Positions 17,024-26,154 of a stretch of DNA of 27,398 nt are shown one piece after another. Source of the DNA: Thermoproteota archaeon (GTDB lineage Archaea > Asgardarchaeota > Jordiarchaeia > Jordiarchaeales > Freyrarchaeaceae). Each line of letters starts with the position of its first letter. Within the stretch, counting starts at the first letter, position 1. A program made the translations under genes and the position numbers. Where the stretch lies: the NCBI GenBank assembly GCA_029258835.1, contig JAPDJY010000042.1, positions 1 through 27,398 of the forward strand, read 5' to 3'. Under the pieces are notes generated by a model. That model saw only the letters and a program-made list of their open reading frames with translations, ran no database searches and was not told the DNA's origin.

Positions 17024-18205
17024 GTGAGAGAAGTAAAATGGAGGCTTGGAGGTGTGAGGTTGCTGATGTTTACTCCCGGCCCGACCGAGGTTCCTTCAAG
17101 GGTTTTACTGGCTATGGCCAGGAGGATCCAGAACCCGGATCTTGACGAGGAATTTTACGATTTCTATGAGGAGCTGTGTGGAGACTTGAAACATATTATG
17201 CAGACTAGAAGCGACGTGATCATTCATTCCGGTGAGGCTATAATAGGGCTTGAGGGGGCGGTGCTTAGCTTAGTGGAGCCCGGTGAGAAGGTTTTGACGA
17301 TGACGTCTGGGGTTTACGGGGATGGGTTCATAAGGTTCGTGGAGGCGTACGGAGGAGTACCCGTCGAGGTTAGAGCAGGATATGACGAGGTGGTTAGTCC
17401 CGAGGACGTGGAGAGGACCCTTGAGAGGGAGAAAGATGTGAGGGTGGCAACGCTCGTCCACTGTGAAACGCCTAGTGGAACGCTTAACCCATTAAAGGAG
17501 ATCGGTGAAGTCTGCGAGAGCCATGGGGTAGTTTTGATAGTGGACGCGGTGAGCAGCGTTGGAGGAGTGCCCGTCGAGGTCGACAAGTGGGGTGTCGACG
17601 TTTGCATATTGGGTTCGCAGAAGTGTTTGAGTGCTCCACCCGGATTAGGAATAGTTTCTGTTAGTGGTAAGGCATGGGAGAAGATGGAGGAGCGTAAGGA
17701 GAAGGTTAAAGAGTTCTACCTGAACTTTTTGACTTGGAAGGAATGGTGGCTTGAAAAGAGAGAGTTCCCTTACACCCACTCGGTCTCCCTCATCTATGCT
17801 TTAAAGGAGGCATGTAGGATGCTGCTCGAGGAGGGGTTAGATAACGTTTTCAGGAGGCATGAGAGGGTGGCTAAGGCTACTAGGGAAGCTGTGAAGGCTA
17901 TGGGGCTCGAACTCTTCCCCAGGGAGGAGGAATATTGCTCCGCAACCGTTACAGCAGTTAAAATTCCAAGAGGGGTAAAGGATGAGGAGTTAAGGGAGCA
18001 CATTATGAGAAAGTATGGGGTTATGATCGCTGGTAGCTGGGGGAAAATTGCAGGAAAGGTTTTCAGGCTTGGACACATGGGCTACAATGCCCAGCCAAGT
18101 AAGGCTTTGCAAGCATTGTTCGCACTTTCGGAGACGCTGCGCGACCTTGGATTTCCGTCTAGGACGGAGGAGGCACTCGACGCAGCGAAAAGCGTGCTTT
18201 ACTAG
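17024..18205 (+). CDS. Class V aminotransferase (serine-pyruvate/alanine-glyoxylate family; pyridoxamine-pyruvate transaminase-like)
   Basis: FTPGPT, VHCETPSG, VDAVSS, GSQKC (Schiff-base Lys), FRLGHMG. True start is probably near 17060-17066. Confidence 0.9.
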   Translation: MREVKWRLGGVRLLMFTPGPTEVPSRVLLAMARRIQNPDLDEEFYDFYEELCGDLKHIMQTRSDVIIHSGEAIIGLEGAVLSLVEPGEKVLTMTSGVYGDGFIRFVEAYGGVPVEVRAGYDEVVSPEDVERTLEREKDVRVATLVHCETPSGTLNPLKEIGEVCESHGVVLIVDAVSSVGGVPVEVDKWGVDVCILGSQKCLSAPPGLGIVSVSGKAWEKMEERKEKVKEFYLNFLTWKEWWLEKREFPYTHSVSLIYALKEACRMLLEEGLDNVFRRHERVAKATREAVKAMGLELFPREEEYCSATVTAVKIPRGVKDEELREHIMRKYGVMIAGSWGKIAGKVFRLGHMGYNAQPSKALQALFALSETLRDLGFPSRTEEALDAAKSVLY

Positions 18206-18239
18206 TTACTAGCCTGTTGAAGCCTTAAAGGGTGAAACG

Positions 18240-19166
18240 CTAGGTGTGACGTTCGTCCTCTCCTTTCCCTTCAAAGTAGGGCTTCAGGTTCAGGTATGTT
18301 ACGGTGTGGTTTGGAGAAGTTTCAGCCAGCCTGTCTAAGAGTTCTATGATCCTTTGTGGTTTACTGAGCGGGATCCCTGCTGCTTTCCTGTGTCCTCCGC
18401 CTCCCAGGGACTCCGCTATTTCCCTTGCATCCGTGCTGCTGCGCTCGTGAACCCTTATGGATGCTCTAAGCGAGCCGGTGTCGACATCCCTGTAAACCAA
18501 CGCTACGGTGTCGCATCCTTTACTTAGCAGCTTGTAGGCTATGTCCTTGGCTAGGTAGTAGGGGGTTACGTCCACCTCGTTTACGAGGTAGAACTTGCCC
18601 TCGACGTCGCTAAGCGAGTTAACTACTTCGTTGAGCACGTTATCTATTACCCTTAGTTCTCCTGCCAGCTTCTCGTACTGCTCCCTGAACCATTCGTCAC
18701 CGGTGAATGCTGCCCCCTTCCGGGCGAGGACTTCTGCTAGCCTTCTCCTTCCAGCGTCGTCGCTGTGAAGGAACTTTATGACCCTGTCTAGGGCGAGCGT
18801 TGCCTCGGTGTGCTTGCCAGTGTCGGCGGCTACGGCCATGCTGACAAGTTCATCTATGACGCCCCCCTTAAGCTTTAGGTACTCTGCTACTAGCTTTGCC
18901 GCAGCGGGGGCTGATGGGGAGACCACGTCATCCTCTGTTAACCGTCCCTCCTTCACCAAGTTTTTATAGTTGCTTTCATGATGGTCGATGTTCACCTTGC
19001 AGTTTATAGGTTTAGGTAGGTCCACTACCATGTCAAAGAAGCCTTCAAGCTTGGAGGCATCCTTGGGGTTGTTAACGAAGACTATTTCCGCGTCGGGGTA
19101 CTTAACCAGTATTAGGGCTGCTGAGATTATCCCGTCACAATCTGTTCCGTGGACGGCTACTCTCAC
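18240..19166 (-). CDS. DHH/DHHA1-family phosphoesterase (NrnA-like)
   Basis: H..DCDG, VVD, IDHH, ADTG, SIR, GGGHRKAAG. Confidence 0.9.
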   Translation of the reverse strand: MRVAVHGTDCDGIISAALILVKYPDAEIVFVNNPKDASKLEGFFDMVVDLPKPINCKVNIDHHESNYKNLVKEGRLTEDDVVSPSAPAAAKLVAEYLKLKGGVIDELVSMAVAADTGKHTEATLALDRVIKFLHSDDAGRRRLAEVLARKGAAFTGDEWFREQYEKLAGELRVIDNVLNEVVNSLSDVEGKFYLVNEVDVTPYYLAKDIAYKLLSKGCDTVALVYRDVDTGSLRASIRVHERSSTDAREIAESLGGGGHRKAAGIPLSKPQRIIELLDRLAETSPNHTVTYLNLKPYFEGKGEDERHT

Positions 19167-19178
19167 GTTAAACCACCA

Positions 19179-20357
19179 TTAAGACCCTTCAAAGCAGTAC
19201 CGAACTTCCTGGAAGCTTAACCTTAACTCCTCGACTGCATGCTTAACCTGCGAGGGGGGAGAGCCCTTAATGGTGGATGCTATGAGGGAGGCAGCCGACT
19301 CCATCTCCTCCTCCTTCATGCCTAGCCGTGTGACCTCGCTCACCCCTATTCTCCCAGCTAAGTCTACTATTATGTTTGACTCTTCAAGTCTTAACGCCGC
19401 ATCCTCCCACTTCAGCCCATACCTTTCGCTAAGCACCTCGGTGTCGATTAGTATTTGATGGGAGCGTGTATAGCCTTTCTCAGCGTACATTACGGGTATG
19501 CCTTCGCTGTCTAGCGACTCAGCTAACTTCCTCGCGTTCCTGACAACCTGTCTGGCGTAGCTCCCCCCGAATGCTTCCATTTCCTTCAGGGTTAGTGCTA
19601 GGGCTGCGATACGGGCGTAATGCGCGTTATCAACGGTCACAAACCGAAGTTCTTCCCTAACCTTTCCGAAGACTTCACCATTTCCCAGTATCATTCCCCC
19701 CTGCGACCCGGAGAGCGTTTTATGGGTGCTCCCAAGCATTATGTCGGATCCCTCGGCTAGGGGGTCTTGGAACTCTCCGCCTGCTATGAGCCCCAGGACG
19801 TGTGACGCATCGTATGCGACTATTCCTCCCGTGTCGTGCACTTCCTCGCTTAGTTCCCTTACCGGGTACGGGAAGAGTATTAGGCTCGCTCCTAGCACCA
19901 CTAGGTCCGGCTTAACCCTCCTCACGAGCTCAACCGCTGCTTCGAGGTTTACCGTCATGCTCTCCTTGTCGAATGGAAGGTAGTGGACTTCTATGTTAAG
20001 CCTGCTTGGAGCGTTCTCTTTAACTAGCCCCGGGTACCCTCCGTTTTCTGGTCCGATGCAAGCCATCTTCTTCCCCCTAAACGCCATGAGGAGGGAGAGG
20101 TCTGCAACATGGCCTGAGATGGGGCGTACGTCGGCAAACTTACACTTGAATAGTTTCTTAGCGAGTTTCTCTGCTTCGTTAATTACCTCATCGGTGAACT
20201 TTGTCCCACGGTAGAGCCCGTCAGGTGCAGTGTACCTGTGGGTGAGGTCTGATGAGAGTAGGCTTCTCGCTGCAGGGCTCATAACGTTCTCCGAGGCGAT
20301 AAGATTTAAACACTTGGAACGCCATTCTTCGTGTTTCTTAACGATTTCGCTAACCAT
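19179..20357 (-). CDS. glyA: Serine hydroxymethyltransferase (divergent archaeal type)
   Basis: LNLIASEN, YDASHVLGLIAGG, STHKTLSG (PLP Lys), RIG..EVTRLGM. Confidence 0.85.
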   Translation of the reverse strand: MVSEIVKKHEEWRSKCLNLIASENVMSPAARSLLSSDLTHRYTAPDGLYRGTKFTDEVINEAEKLAKKLFKCKFADVRPISGHVADLSLLMAFRGKKMACIGPENGGYPGLVKENAPSRLNIEVHYLPFDKESMTVNLEAAVELVRRVKPDLVVLGASLILFPYPVRELSEEVHDTGGIVAYDASHVLGLIAGGEFQDPLAEGSDIMLGSTHKTLSGSQGGMILGNGEVFGKVREELRFVTVDNAHYARIAALALTLKEMEAFGGSYARQVVRNARKLAESLDSEGIPVMYAEKGYTRSHQILIDTEVLSERYGLKWEDAALRLEESNIIVDLAGRIGVSEVTRLGMKEEEMESAASLIASTIKGSPPSQVKHAVEELRLSFQEVRYCFEGS

Positions 20358-20371
20358 CGTTAATTAACCTC

Positions 20372-21280
20372 CTACTTCAACGTTAGGAGGAGAAGGAGAA
20401 GCCTGTGAAGCATTATTTCCCTTTCTGATGGCTGGGTGAAGAAGGGGTAAAATGGTTTGATGCCAAAGTATGCTCCGCAGGCTATTATTGCCACCGTTGC
20501 TCCTAGGAAGAAGAGGAGCGAGAAGGCGTAGAAGGGGTTTGATCGCACCTTGCTCCCCTTAACTTCGGTGAACATTATCCTTTTCGTTGCTAAAAGTATG
20601 AGGAATGATGTAAGCGAAGCCGCCGAGAAGACTAGTATTTCAAATGCTGCCTGTCCCTCCACGGAGCTCACCCCGATCCCTGCACCAAAGAGGAAGCCGA
20701 GGACGCCATAGGCTGAGTACTCCTTCCTTGTGAAGAACCTTTTATAGCCATGGTAGTTTTGGAGGATCGTCGTGGAGACGATGAAGCCGACCACCCCTAA
20801 ATATATGAGTTTGTGCCCGAGGACCTCGTCGAAGAAGTACACTAGGAAGTAGACGTTCGCCTGGGGGATGAAAGGGACGGGGATGGAGGGGGGAAGCAGT
20901 GAAGCGTACATGTGCAGCTCGTTTGCCACGTACCTCATGGCGAGGCCGCCGAGGAAGAGGAAAAGGAAAAGGATGAAGGTTATCTCCGCGACTACGCGCA
21001 GCCTCCTAGCCTTCACCGTTTCAGGAGGTTGAAGCATAACTTCTCTGAAGGTCAAGTAGAGGACCGTCGCACCGACGCTTCCCATGAGGAAGAAGCTTAG
21101 GGTTCTACCAGCCGAGAGGATGGCTGAGTAGCACGTGTAGTCTTCTGATGAGGGGACAGGTATTAAGACGTAGCTCCCCCCTAGGACTTCACCTATTACG
21201 GTGAATGCACTCCAGCTTGCTACAAGGGCTGAGAGGTATATTAGAAGGAGGTTTCTTTTTAGAAGCGTGCCTTCCAGCAA
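20372..21280 (-). CDS. Polytopic (about 7 TM) membrane protein with CLN6-like motifs
   Basis: Several hydrophobic segments; YFFDEVLGH..Y and VEGQ motifs; GGTGG RBS before the TTG start. Confidence 0.7.
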   Translation of the reverse strand: MLEGTLLKRNLLLIYLSALVASWSAFTVIGEVLGGSYVLIPVPSSEDYTCYSAILSAGRTLSFFLMGSVGATVLYLTFREVMLQPPETVKARRLRVVAEITFILFLFLFLGGLAMRYVANELHMYASLLPPSIPVPFIPQANVYFLVYFFDEVLGHKLIYLGVVGFIVSTTILQNYHGYKRFFTRKEYSAYGVLGFLFGAGIGVSSVEGQAAFEILVFSAASLTSFLILLATKRIMFTEVKGSKVRSNPFYAFSLLFFLGATVAIIACGAYFGIKPFYPFFTQPSEREIMLHRLLLLLLTLK

Positions 21281-21582
21281 GAAACCACCTCAAGAAAGCA
21301 CTACCTGTTTAAGTGAGGATGCTCTAAAGAAGGTTTCGGTTTGAATGGGCTTTTAAACGGTTAGTTCGGTTCCTGTCCGCGGGGGAAGAGGGTTAAAAAT
21401 GTTCTGAGGGGCGACGTTAGGGAGTTTTAAGATGGAATCCGCAAACTATATTAAACAGTCTGGGGGAGGATGCATAGGCGCAAGTAGCTTATCACGGATT
21501 AACAGCCTTTAACTTTGGTAGCCCTGTGAACGTGTTCGGAGTGTATGACCGAGGGGTTACTGAGGGTTAGGAGGGAAAACGT

Positions 21583-22617
21583 GTGAGGGATCACATGGAG
21601 TTGCTTGTTTACCTCATTCTGCGTTCAAGGAAGGAGGTCACCTTGGACGAGCTCGCAAGGGAGGCAGGGGTTCCCCGCAGGGGGCTTTCTAGAATTCTAA
21701 GATCCCTAGCTAGGAGGGGAGTGGCTGAAAGGGTGGGGGACAAGGTTGTCTTTAAGAGGCAGGATGCAAGGTGCTTACGAGTTCCCTTCGCTGGTGGATG
21801 CTTAGATCTCAGGGTTAGTGTTAATGTTGACTTGTCGGGAGCTGGGGAAGTGGAAGTTTATAAGGGTGATGAGATCTTTGCGGTTCTACCCTACCTTATC
21901 AGTAGCGGGTCGATGGTTGTTGACTTAAGCGGTCTTCTCAGAGTTTATGGGGATGCAGCGAAGGCGAACGGCGACCCCTTCTCTCTTGAGAAGGCGTATG
22001 CTGTGTTTCGGAGGGTAATGGAGGGGAAGGGGGAAGCTGGGAAGGCGGGCCAATGGGAGATAGACGCCGCGCTAGCCGCAATAGTTTTATGTGGAGCGAT
22101 AACCGAGAAGCTGGGCTTAGAATATATTTTTACAACTATAGATAGTGAAAGCATCCCACGGCGAGTTAGGGCTGAGGAGCTGCAGGCTATAGGGGAGAAG
22201 CATGGTGTCGAGTTTAAAATGGGGTACGCGTTCCCGCTAGGTGATGCGAGAGGGATGCTCCTAGTTGATAGGGGAGGGAAAACGTACTTTTTGAAGGAAG
22301 GAGGAGACCTCATCGTTGAAGTGCCAATAGAGGATTTAGGGGAAATGGTTGAGGTGGACTTCACAAGCTTGGTTGAAAGCTACCTTAACTCTGCGGTTAA
22401 GAAGGAATCCGGCTTCTCAGCCGAGAGGGTGGTGGATCACTTCTTCTCCATGCTGGAGAAGAGAGAGAGCGTTGAAAGCTACGCGGAGTATTTGGAGTAT
22501 GAGGAGGAGAAGGAGCTCCTAGAAGCCATGTACAGGATAAGTTTAACTCTTATGCGTCTTAAAGATAAGGATGTTTCGGCTAAGGTCACCTACCCGTGCT
22601 TTTCAGGTGAAAACTAG
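21583..22617 (+). CDS. Winged-HTH protein with an internally duplicated uncharacterised domain
   Basis: VTLDELAREAGVPRRGLSRILRSLARRGVAER is a wHTH pattern; aa ~65-185 aligns with ~214-337 at an offset of 145-146 aa. Confidence 0.75.
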   Translation: MRDHMELLVYLILRSRKEVTLDELAREAGVPRRGLSRILRSLARRGVAERVGDKVVFKRQDARCLRVPFAGGCLDLRVSVNVDLSGAGEVEVYKGDEIFAVLPYLISSGSMVVDLSGLLRVYGDAAKANGDPFSLEKAYAVFRRVMEGKGEAGKAGQWEIDAALAAIVLCGAITEKLGLEYIFTTIDSESIPRRVRAEELQAIGEKHGVEFKMGYAFPLGDARGMLLVDRGGKTYFLKEGGDLIVEVPIEDLGEMVEVDFTSLVESYLNSAVKKESGFSAERVVDHFFSMLEKRESVESYAEYLEYEEEKELLEAMYRISLTLMRLKDKDVSAKVTYPCFSGEN

Positions 22618-23663
22618 CTTGACAGAACCCTTTCAGCCGCTAGTAGGCGTCCCTTCCACCTCTTCATGGAATCCAGGAACTCTTTTTTGAGGGCTTCGTA
22701 TTCTTCTTGGGAGGCCTCCTTGAAGAGGCGGTAGTAGGATCTCATCTCATAGAGTGCTGGGTGAAGGTAGCCCAGCCTTTTAACAAGGGAGTTAACCGCT
22801 TGAGTCAGCGCTTCAGCTCCTTCCTCGGGGGTAGCTGCTTTCTCCAACTTAGACCTTAAATTTTCCATTTGAACCTCGACGGATGCAGGTTCCATCATGG
22901 TCGACGGTGCGGCATATATTTTTTTCTTGACGTTGCCGAACAGTTCCGACAGCTTCTCCGAGTAATCCTTTATTGACTGCAGAGTGTTAACCAGGCATGA
23001 AACCAGTTCGCCTAGCCTTACCACCTCTTGAGACTGGTTTTCCAAGTTTTCAAGGACTTGCTTAAAGTCGCTAATTGAATTCTCTAATAGGCGAACCTCA
23101 TCCACAAGAGTGTTGATTTCCTTAATGGTTGAGGCGGCTGCCAGCTCAGACTCTATTTTTTTCATGGCGTCCTTAAGCATACTTAACGCCCTGTCCACGG
23201 ACTCGAACGGGTCAACGGACCTGCCCGCTATGACGGGTGGAGGAGTGGTTTCAACGAGGCTTACTTCGACTTCCGATGGCTGCTTACCCTCAAGAAGCAT
23301 TTCAACCTTCTTAAAGACAAGCTCCTCTTCCCTTCCCAGTACGGTGGCACCATCCTCCAAGACGAACGTCACGTAGAAGTCCCGTCCCAGCTGCCGGAAT
23401 AAGTAGCTGACGCCTCCAAGAGACAACATTATGGAAACGTGATTTTCCTCCACCCCAAGCTCTGATTGAACCCTGTCGACCGCTACCCTTAACCAGTTTG
23501 CAACCATGATGGCCATGTTGGTCTCTTCCTCGTCTTCAAAGCTTGTATCGACAAGTAACCCCGCCTCGCTTAACAGGACAAACCCCTTGAAGGGTCCCTT
23601 AACAAGTTTGCTGAGTTCCTCGTGGACTTCGAAGATCGGGAAAAAGGCCAACTCGACCACCAT
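22614..23663 (-). CDS. Roadblock/longin-like N-terminal domain, Pro-rich linker, long coiled coil and helical C-terminal domain
   Basis: FKGFVLLSEAGLLVDTSF...VDRVQSELG...YVTFVL is roadblock-like; heptad-rich middle region; C-terminal HPALYEMR...RWKGRL. Start ATG 23663 inferred from an upstream TTTTAAG box (the ORF track starts at 23750). Confidence 0.7.
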   Translation of the reverse strand: MVVELAFFPIFEVHEELSKLVKGPFKGFVLLSEAGLLVDTSFEDEEETNMAIMVANWLRVAVDRVQSELGVEENHVSIMLSLGGVSYLFRQLGRDFYVTFVLEDGATVLGREEELVFKKVEMLLEGKQPSEVEVSLVETTPPPVIAGRSVDPFESVDRALSMLKDAMKKIESELAAASTIKEINTLVDEVRLLENSISDFKQVLENLENQSQEVVRLGELVSCLVNTLQSIKDYSEKLSELFGNVKKKIYAAPSTMMEPASVEVQMENLRSKLEKAATPEEGAEALTQAVNSLVKRLGYLHPALYEMRSYYRLFKEASQEEYEALKKEFLDSMKRWKGRLLAAERVLSS

Positions 23664-23766
23664 CGTAAATGTAAACCAAGGATAACTTTCCATCTGGAAG
23701 TTCTTAAAAATTGCGTTCCAGAAGCTAGCTTGAAGCCCAGCTTCACCCACTAACTGATTTAAACGT

Positions 23767-24828
23767 TTACGATTTTAGGTAGAGGTGCTTGGAGATGTAA
23801 AAGAGGGAGATTAGCAGGATCAGGACTCCTGTAACGACTTTCAGGATGGATAAGGTGAACGTGATAGGGTTAAGGTTGGCAAGTAGTATTACGTGGTATA
23901 TTAGGGAGATAGCATAGGTTGAGGCTGTAATGGAGGCGGGAAGCGCCTTGCTGATGGAGGAGCCTTGAGGGGAAAAGGCGATGTAGGCGAGAAGGATGCC
24001 GAGTATGAGGAATGACGCTCCCTCGATTAGTGGCTCTCCTCCGAATAGGGAGGGTGAGAGGACAGGGTAGCCTGAATCTAAGGCGTAGTGGACGAGTGAG
24101 AGGGGGAAGGAGAACTCTGAGATGGCAGCTAGGATCGAGGCTATCGAGCCTGTAACACAGAAAACTTTGACGTCTAAGCTCCACCCCTTCAGGAAGACGG
24201 ATAGGGTTGACAGGAATGCGAGAAGCAGGAAGAAGAGGGAGGAGACAAGCAGCGAGTTTCCGCTTATGGCTGCATACTGCCATCCAGCGTTCAGCCCTAA
24301 GGAGACGCCGCAGCTTGAAGGGGGGGAAAGCTCTACAATCAGGATCATTGCCGAATAGTACGGGTTTTCACCCAGCGAAGTTGGGGAGAGACAGGCTTGG
24401 ATTGATGCCATGGTTCCAACCGATACGGCGGCGTCAAGTCTGGTTAACGAGAGGAGAAGCATGTAGGCTGCACCGGTTAGGAAGGCGAAGACGAGGAATT
24501 TCTCTGCCACCTGCACGTTTACGTACCCTACTGCAAAGTGGAGGAGCAGTAGGCACCCTGTGGTTCCTAGGAGGGCGAGGGCGGCTGCCAGCGCAGGTGA
24601 GAGTATGAGGGGGGAGAGAAGAAATCCCACCGCACCCATCCTTGCAACATAGTAGAGTAGGGTACTCGTCAGGGATGAGAGGAGGCAGAACGATTCGAAA
24701 AGTAGCATAGCGCCAGCTAACCCTACGGCGGCACGCCAATGCTTCCCGACGAGTTGCAAGCCATCTAGCCCCCATTCAAGGGTTAAAGGGTAAACCCGCT
24801 TTCTCAGCTGCCTTGCGGAGGAGCGCAT
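23767..24828 (-). CDS. Hypothetical polytopic membrane protein (start uncertain, probably near 24760)
   Basis: About 9-10 hydrophobic segments; the ORF-track start overlaps the 3' end of the GH57 gene. Confidence 0.7.
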   Translation of the reverse strand: MRSSARQLRKRVYPLTLEWGLDGLQLVGKHWRAAVGLAGAMLLFESFCLLSSLTSTLLYYVARMGAVGFLLSPLILSPALAAALALLGTTGCLLLLHFAVGYVNVQVAEKFLVFAFLTGAAYMLLLSLTRLDAAVSVGTMASIQACLSPTSLGENPYYSAMILIVELSPPSSCGVSLGLNAGWQYAAISGNSLLVSSLFFLLLAFLSTLSVFLKGWSLDVKVFCVTGSIASILAAISEFSFPLSLVHYALDSGYPVLSPSLFGGEPLIEGASFLILGILLAYIAFSPQGSSISKALPASITASTYAISLIYHVILLANLNPITFTLSILKVVTGVLILLISLFYISKHLYLKS

Positions 24829-25933
24829 TAAACACGTTTAAGTCCCTGTAAACCTTGGGAAGCCACTTGGCCTCCCAGAAGAAGTTACAGCTTGTTTCGG
24901 CTCTTAGAAGGTGTTCTTCAGCTAGTGCTATCAACCGTCCAGCTTCGCCGTCAGCGCACCCAATTAACGCTTTGAGGCAGCGTAATTTAGCGCTGGCATC
25001 CCAAACTTCCTTCATAGCCTCTCTCTGAGCCTCGTGTCCAATCCACTGGGAGAAGGTCTCCCCGTCGTTAGAAAAGGTCTTCCAAGCGCCAGTCTTCACC
25101 CTAACATAGTCTTCTGGAGGGTGCTCCTTCAAGAATTCGGATATTGAGGTCATGGTGACGCCGCAATCTTGCTCTGTAAGTTTCACGTAGGGTTTGAAAA
25201 AGTACCCCCAAAAGTTTTTCGACTCGTCTACTTCCCTAAACCATCTACTGTTTTCACCGTCACTCCACGTCGTAACCAGTAGGGCGCCTTTAAACCTTGA
25301 AGTTTTAGCTTTAACCATGTTAATGAAGCCTCTTGGAGTGACGCCTCCCATCTGGGCATCGCTTAGCTCCTCGTTGCGTGGTATCACGGTTATTTCCGCT
25401 CCAGAGTGCTCTGCAAGGTGCGGCTTAAACCCTCGGTCTTCCCCTCCCCCCTCGATGTACCTTCCATCAACTACAACGTACTTAAACCCTAATTCCGACA
25501 GGAGAGGTATCATTTTCATGGTGAAGCCTAGCTCGGGGGGCCAGAAACCGTTAAACTTTAAACCTAAGCGCTCAGCTTTCCTAACCCACCTCAAAACGTG
25601 GCTTTTCCAGTCGCTTTCAGGTATCAGGGGGAAAACAGGATGGTAGAAACCCGTCGCAAGAAACTCCACATTGGAGAGGTTAACGTAGCATTCTAAAGCG
25701 TCCTTCAGGCTTCCTAACTCGTCTAGGGTGAGGGTGCACATTTGCTCTAGGAGGGTGCCTGAGATGCTCAGGTGGACGGCGGCGAGGCCTTCACACTCAG
25801 AAAGGTACCGGATCGGCCTGATGTAGCATTGAAGAATCCTTAACGCTTCTTCCCTATTTGTAGAGAGGAGAAAATTCATGTTTCCATGAGGCTGGTGGAA
25901 ATGCAGTCCTAGGGCATGGTAGACCTCTGGCAA
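24776..25933 (-). CDS. Glycoside hydrolase family 57 (alpha-amylase-like)
   Basis: HFHQP, SISGTLLEQ, YHPVFPL, GFWPPE (nucleophile), DGEN (acid/base), AETSC. Confidence 0.9.
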   Translation of the reverse strand: MPEVYHALGLHFHQPHGNMNFLLSTNREEALRILQCYIRPIRYLSECEGLAAVHLSISGTLLEQMCTLTLDELGSLKDALECYVNLSNVEFLATGFYHPVFPLIPESDWKSHVLRWVRKAERLGLKFNGFWPPELGFTMKMIPLLSELGFKYVVVDGRYIEGGGEDRGFKPHLAEHSGAEITVIPRNEELSDAQMGGVTPRGFINMVKAKTSRFKGALLVTTWSDGENSRWFREVDESKNFWGYFFKPYVKLTEQDCGVTMTSISEFLKEHPPEDYVRVKTGAWKTFSNDGETFSQWIGHEAQREAMKEVWDASAKLRCLKALIGCADGEAGRLIALAEEHLLRAETSCNFFWEAKWLPKVYRDLNVFNALLRKAAEKAGLPFNP

Positions 25934-26014
25934 CGGATACCCTCCACCCGGAGCAGCACGAACTCAAAAGCGATTTTTTAAAGGAAAGGAAAATTATTGT
26001 AACTTATAAGGGTT

Positions 26015-26100
26015 ACTGGTGAGTCCAGTGTTCCCAGACGGCGAGGGACACGAGACCGATCACCCGGGTTCCCACCATTCAGCGTGGGAGCGAGTCCTAA
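26015..26100 (+). mobile_element. Putative IS200/IS605 right-end remnant (subterminal hairpin plus upstream structured scaffold)
   Basis: TTCCCAC-CATTCAGC-GTGGGAG-CGAGTC (26069-26096) resembles the IS605-type right-end pattern TCCCACG.CTT(C/T)AG.CGTGGGAG...GTCA (recalled consensus); further hairpins lie upstream. Confidence 0.5.
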
Positions 26101-26154
26101 AGAGAGGGATGCTAAAAACGGGCGTGTACCATGAGGCCGATAGGTTGCACATGG

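Noticed and set aside
26069-26090. Hairpin loop containing TTCA as a tRNA-Sec anticodon arm
   Set aside because: The loop is 8 nt, there are no D or T arms, and the sequence fits an IS605-type end hairpin better.
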